A DNA stretch of 31,883 bases. It comes from a virus (lineage: Duplodnaviria; Caudoviricetes). Below are positions 9,014 through 18,255 of the stretch, in pieces. The position numbers and the translations under genes are program-made. Within the stretch, counting starts at the first letter, position 1. Every line of letters starts with the position of its first letter. The notes beneath the pieces are model-generated. The model was not told the DNA's origin. It did not search any database and saw only the letters and a list, made by a program, of their open reading frames with translations. Location of the stretch: IMG/VR virus record IMGVR_UViG_3300033562_000310, positions 1 to 31,883 of that record; one strand, written 5' to 3'.

Positions 9014-9208
9014 TTGAAATACAAAGTAATCAGAAAGTTATTTGATCCTTTTGAAAAGAAGATGAAACTTCCTGGAGAAATAATTGAAATAAAAGATGAG
9101 GATTTAATATCATACGGAAATAGGATTGAAAAATTAACTAAAGATAAAATCAAATATGCCGTTGTTGATGTAAAGAATGAAGAAACAAGAACGAAGAAGG
9201 TGAAATAA
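9014..9208 (+). CDS. small hypothetical head-region protein
   Basis: RBS AGGAGGTG with TTG start; KYKVIR..FD......PGEIIE pattern common after capsid genes. Confidence 0.6.
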   Translation: MKYKVIRKLFDPFEKKMKLPGEIIEIKDEDLISYGNRIEKLTKDKIKYAVVDVKNEETRTKKVK

Positions 9209-9507
9209 TGGCTGAATTAACAACAATTCAAAAAGTTAAATTAGCATTAAGAATAAACCATATTAAACTTGATAGTGATATACAGGCAACCATTGACACA
9301 GCTAAAAAAGAAATGGAACGAGCCGGAATATTACAAGCAATGATAATTGAAACGGATGCTTTGGTTTTAGAGGCAATAAAAGTCTATTGCAAATATTCTT
9401 TTGCTTCGAACGACAAAATGAGGGAAGGCTATTTCATAAGTTGGCAATATCAACTTGATTGTTTGAGAAAATCAACTTCATACAGCGTTGAAGTGGTGGT
9501 GGTTTAA
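9208..9507 (+). CDS. head-tail connector (gp6-like DNA-packaging protein)
   Basis: KVKLALRI...D.DI...I..A..E...AGI...AIKVYCK; expected position. Confidence 0.85.
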   Translation: MAELTTIQKVKLALRINHIKLDSDIQATIDTAKKEMERAGILQAMIIETDALVLEAIKVYCKYSFASNDKMREGYFISWQYQLDCLRKSTSYSVEVVVV

Positions 9508-9797
9508 TGTATAACGATGTAATAACTTTGATGTCAATAACACATACACAAGATGCGATTGGAGATATGGTTGAGGTTATAACCGAAACGGAAGTATTCG
9601 CAGAAGTTAAGTCAATTGGTATGCGAGAAAAATATGAAGCATTAGGTGTAGGGTTAAAGCCTGAGTTAACTTTTGTAATTGCCGACTATTACGATTATAG
9701 CGATCAGGAATTTATCAAATACGAATCAAGCAGATATACGGTTTTGAGAACATACCGAAAAGATAGCAACGAACTTGAAATCGTGGTGACGAAATGA
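9507..9797 (+). CDS. head closure / head-tail adaptor
   Basis: DAIGD...EVFAEVKSI...E.YEA...GLKPE..F...Y.VLRTY...ELEI. Confidence 0.85.
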   Translation: MYNDVITLMSITHTQDAIGDMVEVITETEVFAEVKSIGMREKYEALGVGLKPELTFVIADYYDYSDQEFIKYESSRYTVLRTYRKDSNELEIVVTK

Positions 9798-10222
9798 CAA
9801 TGCCTAAATCAGTCATAAAAATGAACAAGAAGGATGGAGTTACCTTTGTGTCAAGCGTGGATAAAGTCCAGTATACACTTGAAGAATTAACTCGCGCTGC
9901 TCTTAAAGATTGCGGGAAGTTTATAGCGAGGGAAACCCGGCAACAAATTAAAAGACGAACTGGAAGGCTTGCCAAGAATATTCAGTATTGGGTAAGAAAA
10001 AAAGATTCTGATTTACAAATTGGATTTAAGCCAGGCGGGTTCTATGGTGGATTCCAGGAGTTGGGTTCTAAAAAAGTACCCAAACAAGCCGCATTATACA
10101 ACACAGTGAAGGACAATATACCAATGCTGATAAAGATACAGTCTCAATATTTAAGTGGGTTAGAAGACGAAGCAAAGGCTCTGGCGATGATAGATGAAAG
10201 CGAGGACATAAGCGATGACTAA
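9794..10222 (+). CDS. HK97 gp10-like tail completion protein
   Basis: RTGRLAKNI...GFYGGFQELGSKK pattern; expected position. Confidence 0.8.
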   Translation: MTMPKSVIKMNKKDGVTFVSSVDKVQYTLEELTRAALKDCGKFIARETRQQIKRRTGRLAKNIQYWVRKKDSDLQIGFKPGGFYGGFQELGSKKVPKQAALYNTVKDNIPMLIKIQSQYLSGLEDEAKALAMIDESEDISDD

Positions 10223-10589
10223 AACAATAGCATTAAGAACAGAGTTGCAGAGATTGTTAAAGACTTTGACAACAAATGTTTACTATGAAGAAGCACCAGA
10301 CACCGCAACCTCGTATCTAGTCTATGAATTAAGCGAAGTGACGAAAGAGTACGGCAGGATACTTATGCAGTTAGAAATAAATATCTTAGACTACGGAACC
10401 AGCTCTACGGCGGCTGAAACTTTAGCGGATCAAGTTCAAACAGTATTGCACAAATACCATTTCATCAATTCAAGCATACAGTTCACATTGTACGAAGGAT
10501 TAAGGGGAACGGTCAAGGAAGAAGATAAACAAATAATAAGAAGGAGATTGCTTTTCGAGGTACATCTTCACGAATTGAAGGGAGAATAA
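10215..10589 (+). CDS. tail terminator protein
   Basis: VYYEEAP...YLVYE...LEINILD pattern; directly before the major tail gene. Confidence 0.7.
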   Translation: MTKTIALRTELQRLLKTLTTNVYYEEAPDTATSYLVYELSEVTKEYGRILMQLEINILDYGTSSTAAETLADQVQTVLHKYHFINSSIQFTLYEGLRGTVKEEDKQIIRRRLLFEVHLHELKGE

Positions 10590-10593
10590 AAGA

Positions 10594-11169
10594 ATGACAA
10601 CATATAGTGGATTTACAGCAACAACTGCGGAAAAACTTTTACTTGATGCTGGTGCATTTTTTAAGAATTTTACAGTAGGCACAGACACATACGCTTCCGC
10701 AGTTACGGCAGGGAAGCTACTCGGCGCCACCCAAGGCGGAGGCACATTCTCAGCAGTACCAACTATACGAAGAATTGAGGTTGATGGTGTAAAGGGCGCA
10801 GCAAAGGGCTTAGAAGTAATTGATGAATGGGTGGTTACATTAACAGCAAATGTCAAAGAGGTCAGCGAGGACATTTTGAAATTATCACTTGGAACGGGAG
10901 TATCGGTAGCCGGGGCAACTGGGTACAAGAAAATTACAGCAAACAACGATATCGCATTAACTGATTATGTTGATAACGTTACATGGGTTGGGAGATTATC
11001 AGGCGAAGCACTTCCGGTTATTATCCAGGTCAAAAACGCGTTGTCAACAGGCGGATTGACTTTAGCAACAGCAGACAAAGGTGAGGCACTAATTGCTTTA
11101 ACTTTTACTGGACATTATGATTCAACCGCATTAGACACACCGCCATTTGAAGTGCACTACCCAATTTAA
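10594..11169 (+). CDS. major tail (tube) protein
   Basis: LLLDAGAFFKNF...LGATQGGGTF...IEVDG..G..KG...FTGHYD......PF. Confidence 0.88.
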   Translation: MTTYSGFTATTAEKLLLDAGAFFKNFTVGTDTYASAVTAGKLLGATQGGGTFSAVPTIRRIEVDGVKGAAKGLEVIDEWVVTLTANVKEVSEDILKLSLGTGVSVAGATGYKKITANNDIALTDYVDNVTWVGRLSGEALPVIIQVKNALSTGGLTLATADKGEALIALTFTGHYDSTALDTPPFEVHYPI

Positions 11170-11178
11170 GGAGCAATT

Positions 11179-11520
11179 ATGAGAAAATTACAAACAAGCG
11201 ATGTGTTTAACGCTATGAGGCTAATTAAAAAAGCCAACTTGAAAGAAGAAATAAAACCATTACTTAAAAGGATCTCTACCGGAGAATTTAATATTGAAGA
11301 TGCCGGGATTGAAGGCATACTCGGATTCATTGAAATATTATCCGAAAAGAAGTCTGAACAGGCAATTTACGAAGTACTTTCGGGTCCATTTGAAATGGAT
11401 GCCAAAAATGTTGAAACAATGGAACTTGGATCACTCGCTGACAGTATCGAAGCGCTGGCGAAGGAAAATGACTTGAAACGTTTTTTTACTTTGTTAGCAG
11501 GTTTGCTTGGGAAGAAATAA
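11179..11520 (+). CDS. tail assembly chaperone (lambda gpG-like)
   Basis: Between the tube and tape measure genes; slippery CGT TTT TTT near the 3' end. Confidence 0.8.
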   Translation: MRKLQTSDVFNAMRLIKKANLKEEIKPLLKRISTGEFNIEDAGIEGILGFIEILSEKKSEQAIYEVLSGPFEMDAKNVETMELGSLADSIEALAKENDLKRFFTLLAGLLGKK

Positions 11521-11774
11521 CAGACCTGCTTCTCGTTAGATACCATTCGCTTGATTATGTTAATTCGCTAAATGTTGACGAAGCTCTTTTGCTTATTGAG
11601 TATGCACTCGAACAAAAGACGGAGGAGCTTCTTTTTCAAAGATGGATCAGTGACATACAATTTCAACGAATGGGATTTGATGAATTCAAGAATTCAATGA
11701 AGCCACTGATAATAAAAAGTGAAAAAGAAATATTAGGGGATGTGGAAGAAATCCTAACTTTATTTGAAAGGTAG
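11179..11774 (+). CDS. tail assembly chaperone -1 frameshift product (gpGT-like)
   Basis: T TTT TTT at 11481-11487. The -1 frame is open from there (YFVSRFAWEEITDLLLVRYHSLDYVNSLNVDEALLLIEYALEQ...) and is in frame with the listed ORF 11589..11774. Confidence 0.8.
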
Positions 11775-11782
11775 GTGATTAG

Positions 11783-13195
11783 GTGGAAATATTCAAGCTA
11801 TTTGGAACTATATTGGTTGATAATACAAAGGCCAATGATTCCATAAGCAAAACAGAAGAAAAAGCAGAAGGCCTTGGAAGTAAACTTGGTGCCGGAATTG
11901 TTACAGCTGGAAAGTGGGGAATGGCTATTGCCGGCGGCGTTTCCATTGTTGGTGGCGCCGTTGCCGGAATGGTTATGAAGGTAACTGACTCAATGAGTGC
12001 AATTGAGGACTCATCACAAAGAGCAGGAATGTCAGCGGAAGAATACCAGAAGTTTGCTTATGCTGCAAAACTATCAGGGGTGGAAGCGGAATCTCTTGAA
12101 AAATTAATGATTAAGCAGCAGAAGGCTTTTACTGACGCAGCCGAGGGAGGAACAGCAGCATCAGAAGCTTATGAAAGATTGGGAATTGATATTACTAACA
12201 TCTCTTCAGGAGAAGCATTCGACCAGGTACTTGCAAAATTGGCAGATTCAAAAGATATAACCGAAAGAAATGCGATTGCAAATGACATCTTTGGAAAGTC
12301 ATATGCAGAACTTACTCCATTATTAAACGAAGGTTCGGCGGGAATCGCCGCACTGAAAGCAGAAGCGGAAGCAATGGGTGGCGTAATGTCAAACGAATCC
12401 GTTGCATCAGCCGAAGCATTTGGAGATACACTTGACACCCTTAAAACAGCAATGGGTGGAGTATTTAATAAGGTTGGTTCTGAATTGATGCCAATATTCC
12501 AAAACCTTGCTGACTGGCTGCTTGAAAATATGCCAGAGATTCAAGAATTTGTAGGAAAGGCATTTGATGTTATAAGCACTGCAATCGGGGTTGCATACGA
12601 GTGGTTCAATACTTATCTGTTGCCGATATTTAAATCATTGTTCGCATGGGTTCAAGAAAATATGCCAATGATCCAGAGTGTCATAGGGTATGTGTTTGGG
12701 GCTATATCGGAAATAGTAAAAAGCGTGTGGAAGATATTCAGCGAGAACTTAATACCAATACTAAAAGCATTGTGGGATTTCATATCCCCAACATTCCCAT
12801 TGATTCAGGGCGCAATTAAATTGGCGTTCGATGCAGTGGTTACCACGGTGCAAACGGTAGTGGATATATTTGACAAAGTAACAGGTGCAATAAAAACAGC
12901 CGTTGATTGGCTAACACAGTGGAATGATAAGCCAGTAAAGAAAAAAGATGTTTCTAAGGGAGGCGGGTCAAACAGCGTCAGCGCAAATGGGCTAGAATAT
13001 GTTCCTTTCGATGGGTTTAATATTTTAGCACATAAAGGAGAAAGGCTACTGACGGCAGAAGAAAGCAAACAATATAGCAATCAATCAAATGGAAGCAAAG
13101 GTAACACAATGAATGTTTCAGTCAATGTGAGAAGCCCTTACGATGTAGTAAAGGAACTATCAATACTGGACAAAAAATTAGCATGGGGGTTGTAG
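11783..13195 (+). CDS. tail tape measure protein
   Basis: MEIFKLFGTILVD start, Ala/Gly-rich helices, periodic Trp/Phe amphipathic repeats, C-terminal GLEYVPFDG..HKGER.LT motif. Confidence 0.92.
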   Translation: MEIFKLFGTILVDNTKANDSISKTEEKAEGLGSKLGAGIVTAGKWGMAIAGGVSIVGGAVAGMVMKVTDSMSAIEDSSQRAGMSAEEYQKFAYAAKLSGVEAESLEKLMIKQQKAFTDAAEGGTAASEAYERLGIDITNISSGEAFDQVLAKLADSKDITERNAIANDIFGKSYAELTPLLNEGSAGIAALKAEAEAMGGVMSNESVASAEAFGDTLDTLKTAMGGVFNKVGSELMPIFQNLADWLLENMPEIQEFVGKAFDVISTAIGVAYEWFNTYLLPIFKSLFAWVQENMPMIQSVIGYVFGAISEIVKSVWKIFSENLIPILKALWDFISPTFPLIQGAIKLAFDAVVTTVQTVVDIFDKVTGAIKTAVDWLTQWNDKPVKKKDVSKGGGSNSVSANGLEYVPFDGFNILAHKGERLLTAEESKQYSNQSNGSKGNTMNVSVNVRSPYDVVKELSILDKKLAWGL

Positions 13196-13196
13196 T

Positions 13197-14069
13197 ATGG
13201 AGAAATTGATTTATACGAATAAAGCAGGGCAGACAATAGAGTTTTCCGCAACCTCCAAATACAAATGGCAAAAAGTTGACGACATTGGAGGGCTTGAATC
13301 AGTTAGCCAATCAATACAATCTCCTTACCAGGATGGGTCAACAGGAGTGGGAGATTCTTATTTTTCTTCCAAGGTAATTTCTGTTGAATTTGTAGTAACG
13401 TCAGAATCATTAGACGAAGACATGAGGACATTGTATAGTATTCTAAATCCCAAATTAGGGATAGCAACGTTAACAGTTGTGAATGACGGAAAGCATTATA
13501 TATTTGATAAAGTCAAAACAAGGATGTTGCCATCTCGACCAGGAGGCAAGGACAGAGGAAAAACGTTCCAGATTACGAAGGTAATATTTGAGGTTTATAA
13601 CCCATATCTTCAAGACTTCAATTATACCGAAATAAAGGCAATATCGGGAGCATCAACGTTCAACTTTCCAGTAGCAATTAACGAATCATTCCGCTTCGGA
13701 TATTTCAACCAAAGCGGATTCAATTTAAATAATGTGGGCGATGCAGAGTGTCCTCTAAACATTATAATTGATGGGCCTCAATCATCCCCACTTACAATCA
13801 CGAAGGTACTAACAAATGAAAAAATAGTTATCGGTCTAAATCTAACAGTAGATGAAAGGTTGGTGATCTCAACATCTTTTGATGATATTAACGTTATCAA
13901 ATACACATTGTCAACAGCCGAGTTTGAAAGCGCATTTGAATATATAGATGTAGCACAGACGGATTTTTTCCAATTGGCTTTAGGAGATAATAACATTGCC
14001 ATAACCGCAAACGCAAGTGAAATAGGAACGGCAACCTTGAAATTTAGAAATAGATATGTAGGTGTATAA
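13197..14069 (+). CDS. distal tail protein (Dit / Sipho_tail)
   Basis: SPYQDG, LNPKLG, NVGDAECP, FFQLALGDN; follows the tape measure gene. Confidence 0.85.
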   Translation: MEKLIYTNKAGQTIEFSATSKYKWQKVDDIGGLESVSQSIQSPYQDGSTGVGDSYFSSKVISVEFVVTSESLDEDMRTLYSILNPKLGIATLTVVNDGKHYIFDKVKTRMLPSRPGGKDRGKTFQITKVIFEVYNPYLQDFNYTEIKAISGASTFNFPVAINESFRFGYFNQSGFNLNNVGDAECPLNIIIDGPQSSPLTITKVLTNEKIVIGLNLTVDERLVISTSFDDINVIKYTLSTAEFESAFEYIDVAQTDFFQLALGDNNIAITANASEIGTATLKFRNRYVGV

Positions 14070-15247
14070 TGAAAACTTTGAATATTATGGATTTACAATT
14101 TAATTACAAGGCGGCCATTCGTGGATTTGAATCAGTCATAATCAACAGGGCCTGGAATGGTATTGGTAGTTTTTCAATGCGCATTAACAGTGAAATTACC
14201 AATGCCAATCTAATACAGATTAATGATGTGGTATGGTTTGATCAGGAATATTCAAAAGGATTTATCGTAGAAAAAATCGAGGAAACTCTTTCCGGGAATA
14301 CTGTAAATTATGATGTACAAGCAACATCAATTAATACTATATTAAAGGATTACATAACTATTCCGATAGCAGGATATGATATCAGAACGGGCACAAGGGA
14401 ATTGGTTGTCAGGGCTTGGGTAAACGCTAATTGTATAAATCCAGCAGACACATCGAGAAAACAATATCCGCTGGTGCTTGGAGACATCAAGGGAATTGGC
14501 GCCAGCATAACAGAACAAACGAGATATAAGGTGCTAACCGATGAAATATCACGTGTACTGACGACGGAAGACCTAGGATATTCTGTTGATATTGACTTTC
14601 CAAACAAAAATTTTGTATTTAATGTAAGCGGGGGAATGAATAAAACTTCCCTGCAAAGCGTTAACTCTCGAATTTTGTTCGGCCTTAAATATGGCAACAT
14701 TGCCGAATACAAGAAAGTTAGGGACACAACATCAACAAAAAACATTGCTTATGTAGCAGGACAAGGCGAGGGTGCAGAACGAACAATTGTTAAGATTTCT
14801 ACATCGGCAACCAGGAAGAAAGAAGTGTTTATAGATGCTAGGGATATTGACGCAATCTCAGCCTTAACAGAAAGAGGCAATCAGCAGCTAAATGAACTTG
14901 GAGAGATAAATAATTACGAGTTTGAAACGATTGAAAAACAGTTTGTATATGGAATTGATTACGAACTAGGAGATTATGTCACAGTGGTAATTGATAAGGA
15001 TAATTTGCAACATTTACAGTTACAAAAGGTAAAAGAAATATATGAGGCAGGGAGGGTATCGATTATCCCTGAATTCGGCAAGCCTGAAAAAACGATTACT
15101 TCGGTGGTTAGTTCGGCAGCAAAAAGAATTAGTTCGCTTGAAACCGAATTAAACGGAGGCTCATTAGCAACGGCGTATAATTTAGATGGTGGAACTCCTA
15201 CCAGCAATTATGGCGGTATAGATCCAATTAGCGGAGGTGGTGTATAA
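14069..15247 (+). CDS. baseplate hub/Tal-like protein (ReqiPepy6 gp37-like)
   Basis: RAWNGIGSF, YVAGQGEGAER, KEVFIDARD, YGIDYELGDYVTV, PEFG. Confidence 0.85.
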   Translation: MKTLNIMDLQFNYKAAIRGFESVIINRAWNGIGSFSMRINSEITNANLIQINDVVWFDQEYSKGFIVEKIEETLSGNTVNYDVQATSINTILKDYITIPIAGYDIRTGTRELVVRAWVNANCINPADTSRKQYPLVLGDIKGIGASITEQTRYKVLTDEISRVLTTEDLGYSVDIDFPNKNFVFNVSGGMNKTSLQSVNSRILFGLKYGNIAEYKKVRDTTSTKNIAYVAGQGEGAERTIVKISTSATRKKEVFIDARDIDAISALTERGNQQLNELGEINNYEFETIEKQFVYGIDYELGDYVTVVIDKDNLQHLQLQKVKEIYEAGRVSIIPEFGKPEKTITSVVSSAAKRISSLETELNGGSLATAYNLDGGTPTSNYGGIDPISGGGV

Positions 15248-17776
15248 ATGGCAGTTAAAATACAAATAAGAAACGGAACAGCTTCGGCTTGGACTTCTGC
15301 AAATCCCATCTTGGCGGTGGGCGAACTTGCGATAGAGAACGATACAAAGAAGTTTAAAATAGGCGATGGCTCAACTCTATGGGCTGCATTGCCTTATGCC
15401 ACCCAAGGCGAAACAGGGTTGACAGGATTAACTGGTAAAGGCTTACAGTACGCATGGAATGGCACTCAGCTAGGCGTTAGAGTGGAGGGCGATGTTTCAT
15501 ATACTTATGTCGATTTAATCGGCACACAGGGCGTAAAAGGGGATACGGGAAATACGGGAGTAACCGGTTTAACTGGTGAAACTGGGGCAACCGGAAGCGG
15601 GCTTGAATTTAATTGGTCAGGAACACAACTTGGAGTTAGAGTTGCCGGATCCCCAACATATACATATGTCGAATTGGTGGGGCCACAAGGAATACAAGGA
15701 ATACCTGGTGCCGATGGAGTCACACCGACAACAACTAATATAGGTTCTCTATATAATTCGGCAACCGCAAAAACTACATTAGTAGACGCTGACCTCATCG
15801 GTGCGGCTGACAGTGCGGCATCATTCGTATTAAAAAAGTGGACTTTTGCCAATTTAAAAACTCAAATACTTTCGTACTTTACAACCGTCACAACTACATG
15901 GACTAACAAACGTATAACAAAACGAGCTGGCACACTTGCGACAGGAACACCAGCACCACTAGGAGATACACAAGATATATATACGGTTACAGCGCTGGCG
16001 GCGAATGTTACAGTTTCAGCACCAACAGGAACGCCAACAAACGGACAGGAGATAATCATAAGGATTTTAGACAACGGTACGGCAAGAACATTAACCTGGA
16101 ACGCAATCTATCGAAGTATGGGAGTGGTTTTACCAACAACAACGGTTGCTTCAAAGACTATGTATTGTTGGTTTATTTACAACACAGCAGATTCCAAATG
16201 GGATTTAAACCAACTAAACATTGATGGTGTCGCAAGTGGTGGTGGTGGCTCGGTAATAGTCGAAGATTTACTAACAAGCACATCAACTGTAAATGCGTTA
16301 TCAGCAAATCAAGGAAAGAATTTAAGTGACTTAGTCAGCACTTTGTCGTCAACGGTAGACACAAGAACCCAAGAAGCTTGTATAGTAACCGTATCGACAG
16401 ATGATGCACAACCTGTAGTAGGACAAATCATAACACTGACAAATATCACAGATAATACAAAATCTGAAACGTACACATTACTAACGGGCGAAACTTCTCA
16501 CACGTTCAGAGTAATTCAAAATCAAGTATATAAAATTAGTGTAAATGCAAAATCATTATATATCGCACCAAGCGAATCTACACAATTTACAGCGGTTGCA
16601 GGAAACATTAGAAATGTGTCAATGCAATATTTGACAACAAAAAGATATGGGTTTAGAAGAGAACGAGGCAATTCCAATCCTGCAACTCGGATTACTTATC
16701 TCTACGATGCGGTAGGTTTAACTCCTGCATATATGGATTTCACGGGTGGTAGTTTTGTCTACGGTGGTTGGAGTACATTTGTAAATGATGTGTGCCGACC
16801 TGTAATGCTAAAAACTGACGGGACTGTTGGGTATGAATTATCAAGGACTGATTTAACTAAAAAAGCAGACGGAGTAACAGCGAGTGATGTTAGTAATACA
16901 GCCTACGATGGTAACGCAATGATTGAGTTTGGCAAGTATAAGTGGGTTTATAGATATTCAGACGCCACTTATGATTACGTCATTTTTTCAAACGTACAAT
17001 ATGATGCAAATTATAAGGCTTATGCTCATCAAAACGCATTAGGGAATGTCAAAGACGCATTTTATTGGGGTGCATTTAAAGGGTACAATAAATCGTCAAA
17101 ACTTGCCTCGTTTGCAGACCAAGCAATAATGGTGTCGCAAACACGAAATACAGAGGCGACTTATGCAACTGCACACGGTAGTGGTTATTATACTATTTAT
17201 AAGTCAGGTTGGGATTTCATTTGTGATTTGCTAACGCTAATAGGTAAATCCGACAATTCGCAGTTAACGTTTGGCGCAGGCAGAAGCAAAACAACAAATA
17301 CAACTGCAATTGCCACAGGAACATTAAAGACTCAACCCCAGTTTAAAGGTTACAATGACGAAACGTCTGATATTAAAGTATTTGGAATTGAAGGATTTTA
17401 TGGTAATGTTTGGGAAGGTATGGCTGGGCTTATATTAAATAGTGGGATTAAAACCAAAATGACACCTCCGTATAACTTTGACGGAACAGGATACACAGCC
17501 ACAGGCATAACTCCTAGCGGAACAAATGGAGGGTATGTATCGGTAGCACAAAGTTTAACAGACCAAGGTTATGTCCCATCGGTTGCATCGGGTTCAGCGA
17601 CCACAAATTATTGCGACGGCCTATGGTACAATACCGCCCAGGTAGACTATGCCTTAGCTGGTGGGGGTTGGAGCGACGGTCTGCTTGTTGGTTCTCGGTG
17701 TGTGGTTCTGAACAATCTGGCCTCGGCTGTGTACGCGAGCCTCGGCTCTCGCCTTTCGTTTTTATCCCCTGCCTAG
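15248..17776 (+). CDS. Mtd-like tail fibre / receptor-binding protein with collagen repeats and C-terminal C-type-lectin-fold (DGR-target-type) domain
   Basis: N-terminus IQIRNGTASAWTSANPILAVGELAIENDTKKFKIGDG..W..LPY resembles the major tropism determinant N-terminal domain. Gly-X-Y repeats follow, then FGIEGFYGNVWE and terminal YCDGLW...GGGWSDG..VGSRCV.LNN..S.....LGSRLSF. Confidence 0.85.
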   Translation: MAVKIQIRNGTASAWTSANPILAVGELAIENDTKKFKIGDGSTLWAALPYATQGETGLTGLTGKGLQYAWNGTQLGVRVEGDVSYTYVDLIGTQGVKGDTGNTGVTGLTGETGATGSGLEFNWSGTQLGVRVAGSPTYTYVELVGPQGIQGIPGADGVTPTTTNIGSLYNSATAKTTLVDADLIGAADSAASFVLKKWTFANLKTQILSYFTTVTTTWTNKRITKRAGTLATGTPAPLGDTQDIYTVTALAANVTVSAPTGTPTNGQEIIIRILDNGTARTLTWNAIYRSMGVVLPTTTVASKTMYCWFIYNTADSKWDLNQLNIDGVASGGGGSVIVEDLLTSTSTVNALSANQGKNLSDLVSTLSSTVDTRTQEACIVTVSTDDAQPVVGQIITLTNITDNTKSETYTLLTGETSHTFRVIQNQVYKISVNAKSLYIAPSESTQFTAVAGNIRNVSMQYLTTKRYGFRRERGNSNPATRITYLYDAVGLTPAYMDFTGGSFVYGGWSTFVNDVCRPVMLKTDGTVGYELSRTDLTKKADGVTASDVSNTAYDGNAMIEFGKYKWVYRYSDATYDYVIFSNVQYDANYKAYAHQNALGNVKDAFYWGAFKGYNKSSKLASFADQAIMVSQTRNTEATYATAHGSGYYTIYKSGWDFICDLLTLIGKSDNSQLTFGAGRSKTTNTTAIATGTLKTQPQFKGYNDETSDIKVFGIEGFYGNVWEGMAGLILNSGIKTKMTPPYNFDGTGYTATGITPSGTNGGYVSVAQSLTDQGYVPSVASGSATTNYCDGLWYNTAQVDYALAGGGWSDGLLVGSRCVVLNNLASAVYASLGSRLSFLSPA
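15407..15715 (+). repeat. two tandem collagen/GL.Y.W.GTQLGVRV modules
   Basis: GLTGKGLQYAWNGTQLGVRVEGDVSYTYVDLIGTQG versus GATGSGLEFNWSGTQLGVRVAGSPTYTYVELVGPQG. Confidence 0.8.
17651..17776 (+). other. DGR variable-region (VR)-like segment
   Basis: Hand count of 10 A in 120 nt (17651-17770), against 36 A in 120 nt at 17521-17640. Positions that are Asn in the family consensus carry NNC/NNT codons (AGC, GAC, CTT, GTT, GCT, TAC, AGC). Confidence 0.75.
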
Positions 17777-17824
17777 TCGGGGTTTGGGGCTGACCAATTT
17801 TAAAATTATAAATGGAGGTAAATT

Positions 17825-18061
17825 ATGAAAAGTTACAAAAGTCAAAGCACAGAAATTCCAATAGAATTAGACATGGAATCAAGCCAAACCACAGTCTACC
17901 GTAATGCTAATGTAATAGCATTACCTTTAAAAGATGGCGAACCACAATTTTACGGATATGATGTGGAAGAATACACAAAAGCAGAGTATGAGAGCGTTCT
18001 CATAAACCAGAGCAGGGCAGACATTGATTATGTCGCAATTATGATGGGAGTTGATTTGTAA
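17825..18061 (+). CDS. small tail-fibre-associated protein (XkdW-like position)
   Basis: RBS GGAGG; C-terminal ADIDYVAIMMGVDL is typical of the gene preceding xkdX. Confidence 0.7.
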   Translation: MKSYKSQSTEIPIELDMESSQTTVYRNANVIALPLKDGEPQFYGYDVEEYTKAEYESVLINQSRADIDYVAIMMGVDL

Positions 18062-18195
18062 TGTTTGAAAAAGTAAAAGGATATTATGATACTGGTTTAT
18101 GGGATATTAATAGGGTTAGAAATGTTGTTGGAAAAGTAATCACGGAAGAAGATTATTTTGAAATAACGGGATTTGTATATCCGAATATTGTATAA
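18061..18195 (+). CDS. xkdX: XkdX family protein (44 aa)
   Basis: MFEKVKGYYDTGLWDINRVRNVVGKVITEEDYFEITGFVYPNIV*, with the YY..GLW....V...V...IT.E.Y.EITG signature. Not in the ORF track. Confidence 0.88.
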   Translation: MFEKVKGYYDTGLWDINRVRNVVGKVITEEDYFEITGFVYPNIV

Positions 18196-18232
18196 TTAGT
18201 GTTGACTAAGTTTGAATTATAGCAAATTTTAC

Positions 18233-18255
18233 AGGGCGAGAAATCGCCCTATTTT
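18233..18255 (+). terminator. intrinsic terminator-like hairpin
   Basis: AGGGCGA-GAAA-TCGCCCT, a perfect 7-bp stem, then ATTTT. Confidence 0.65.
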
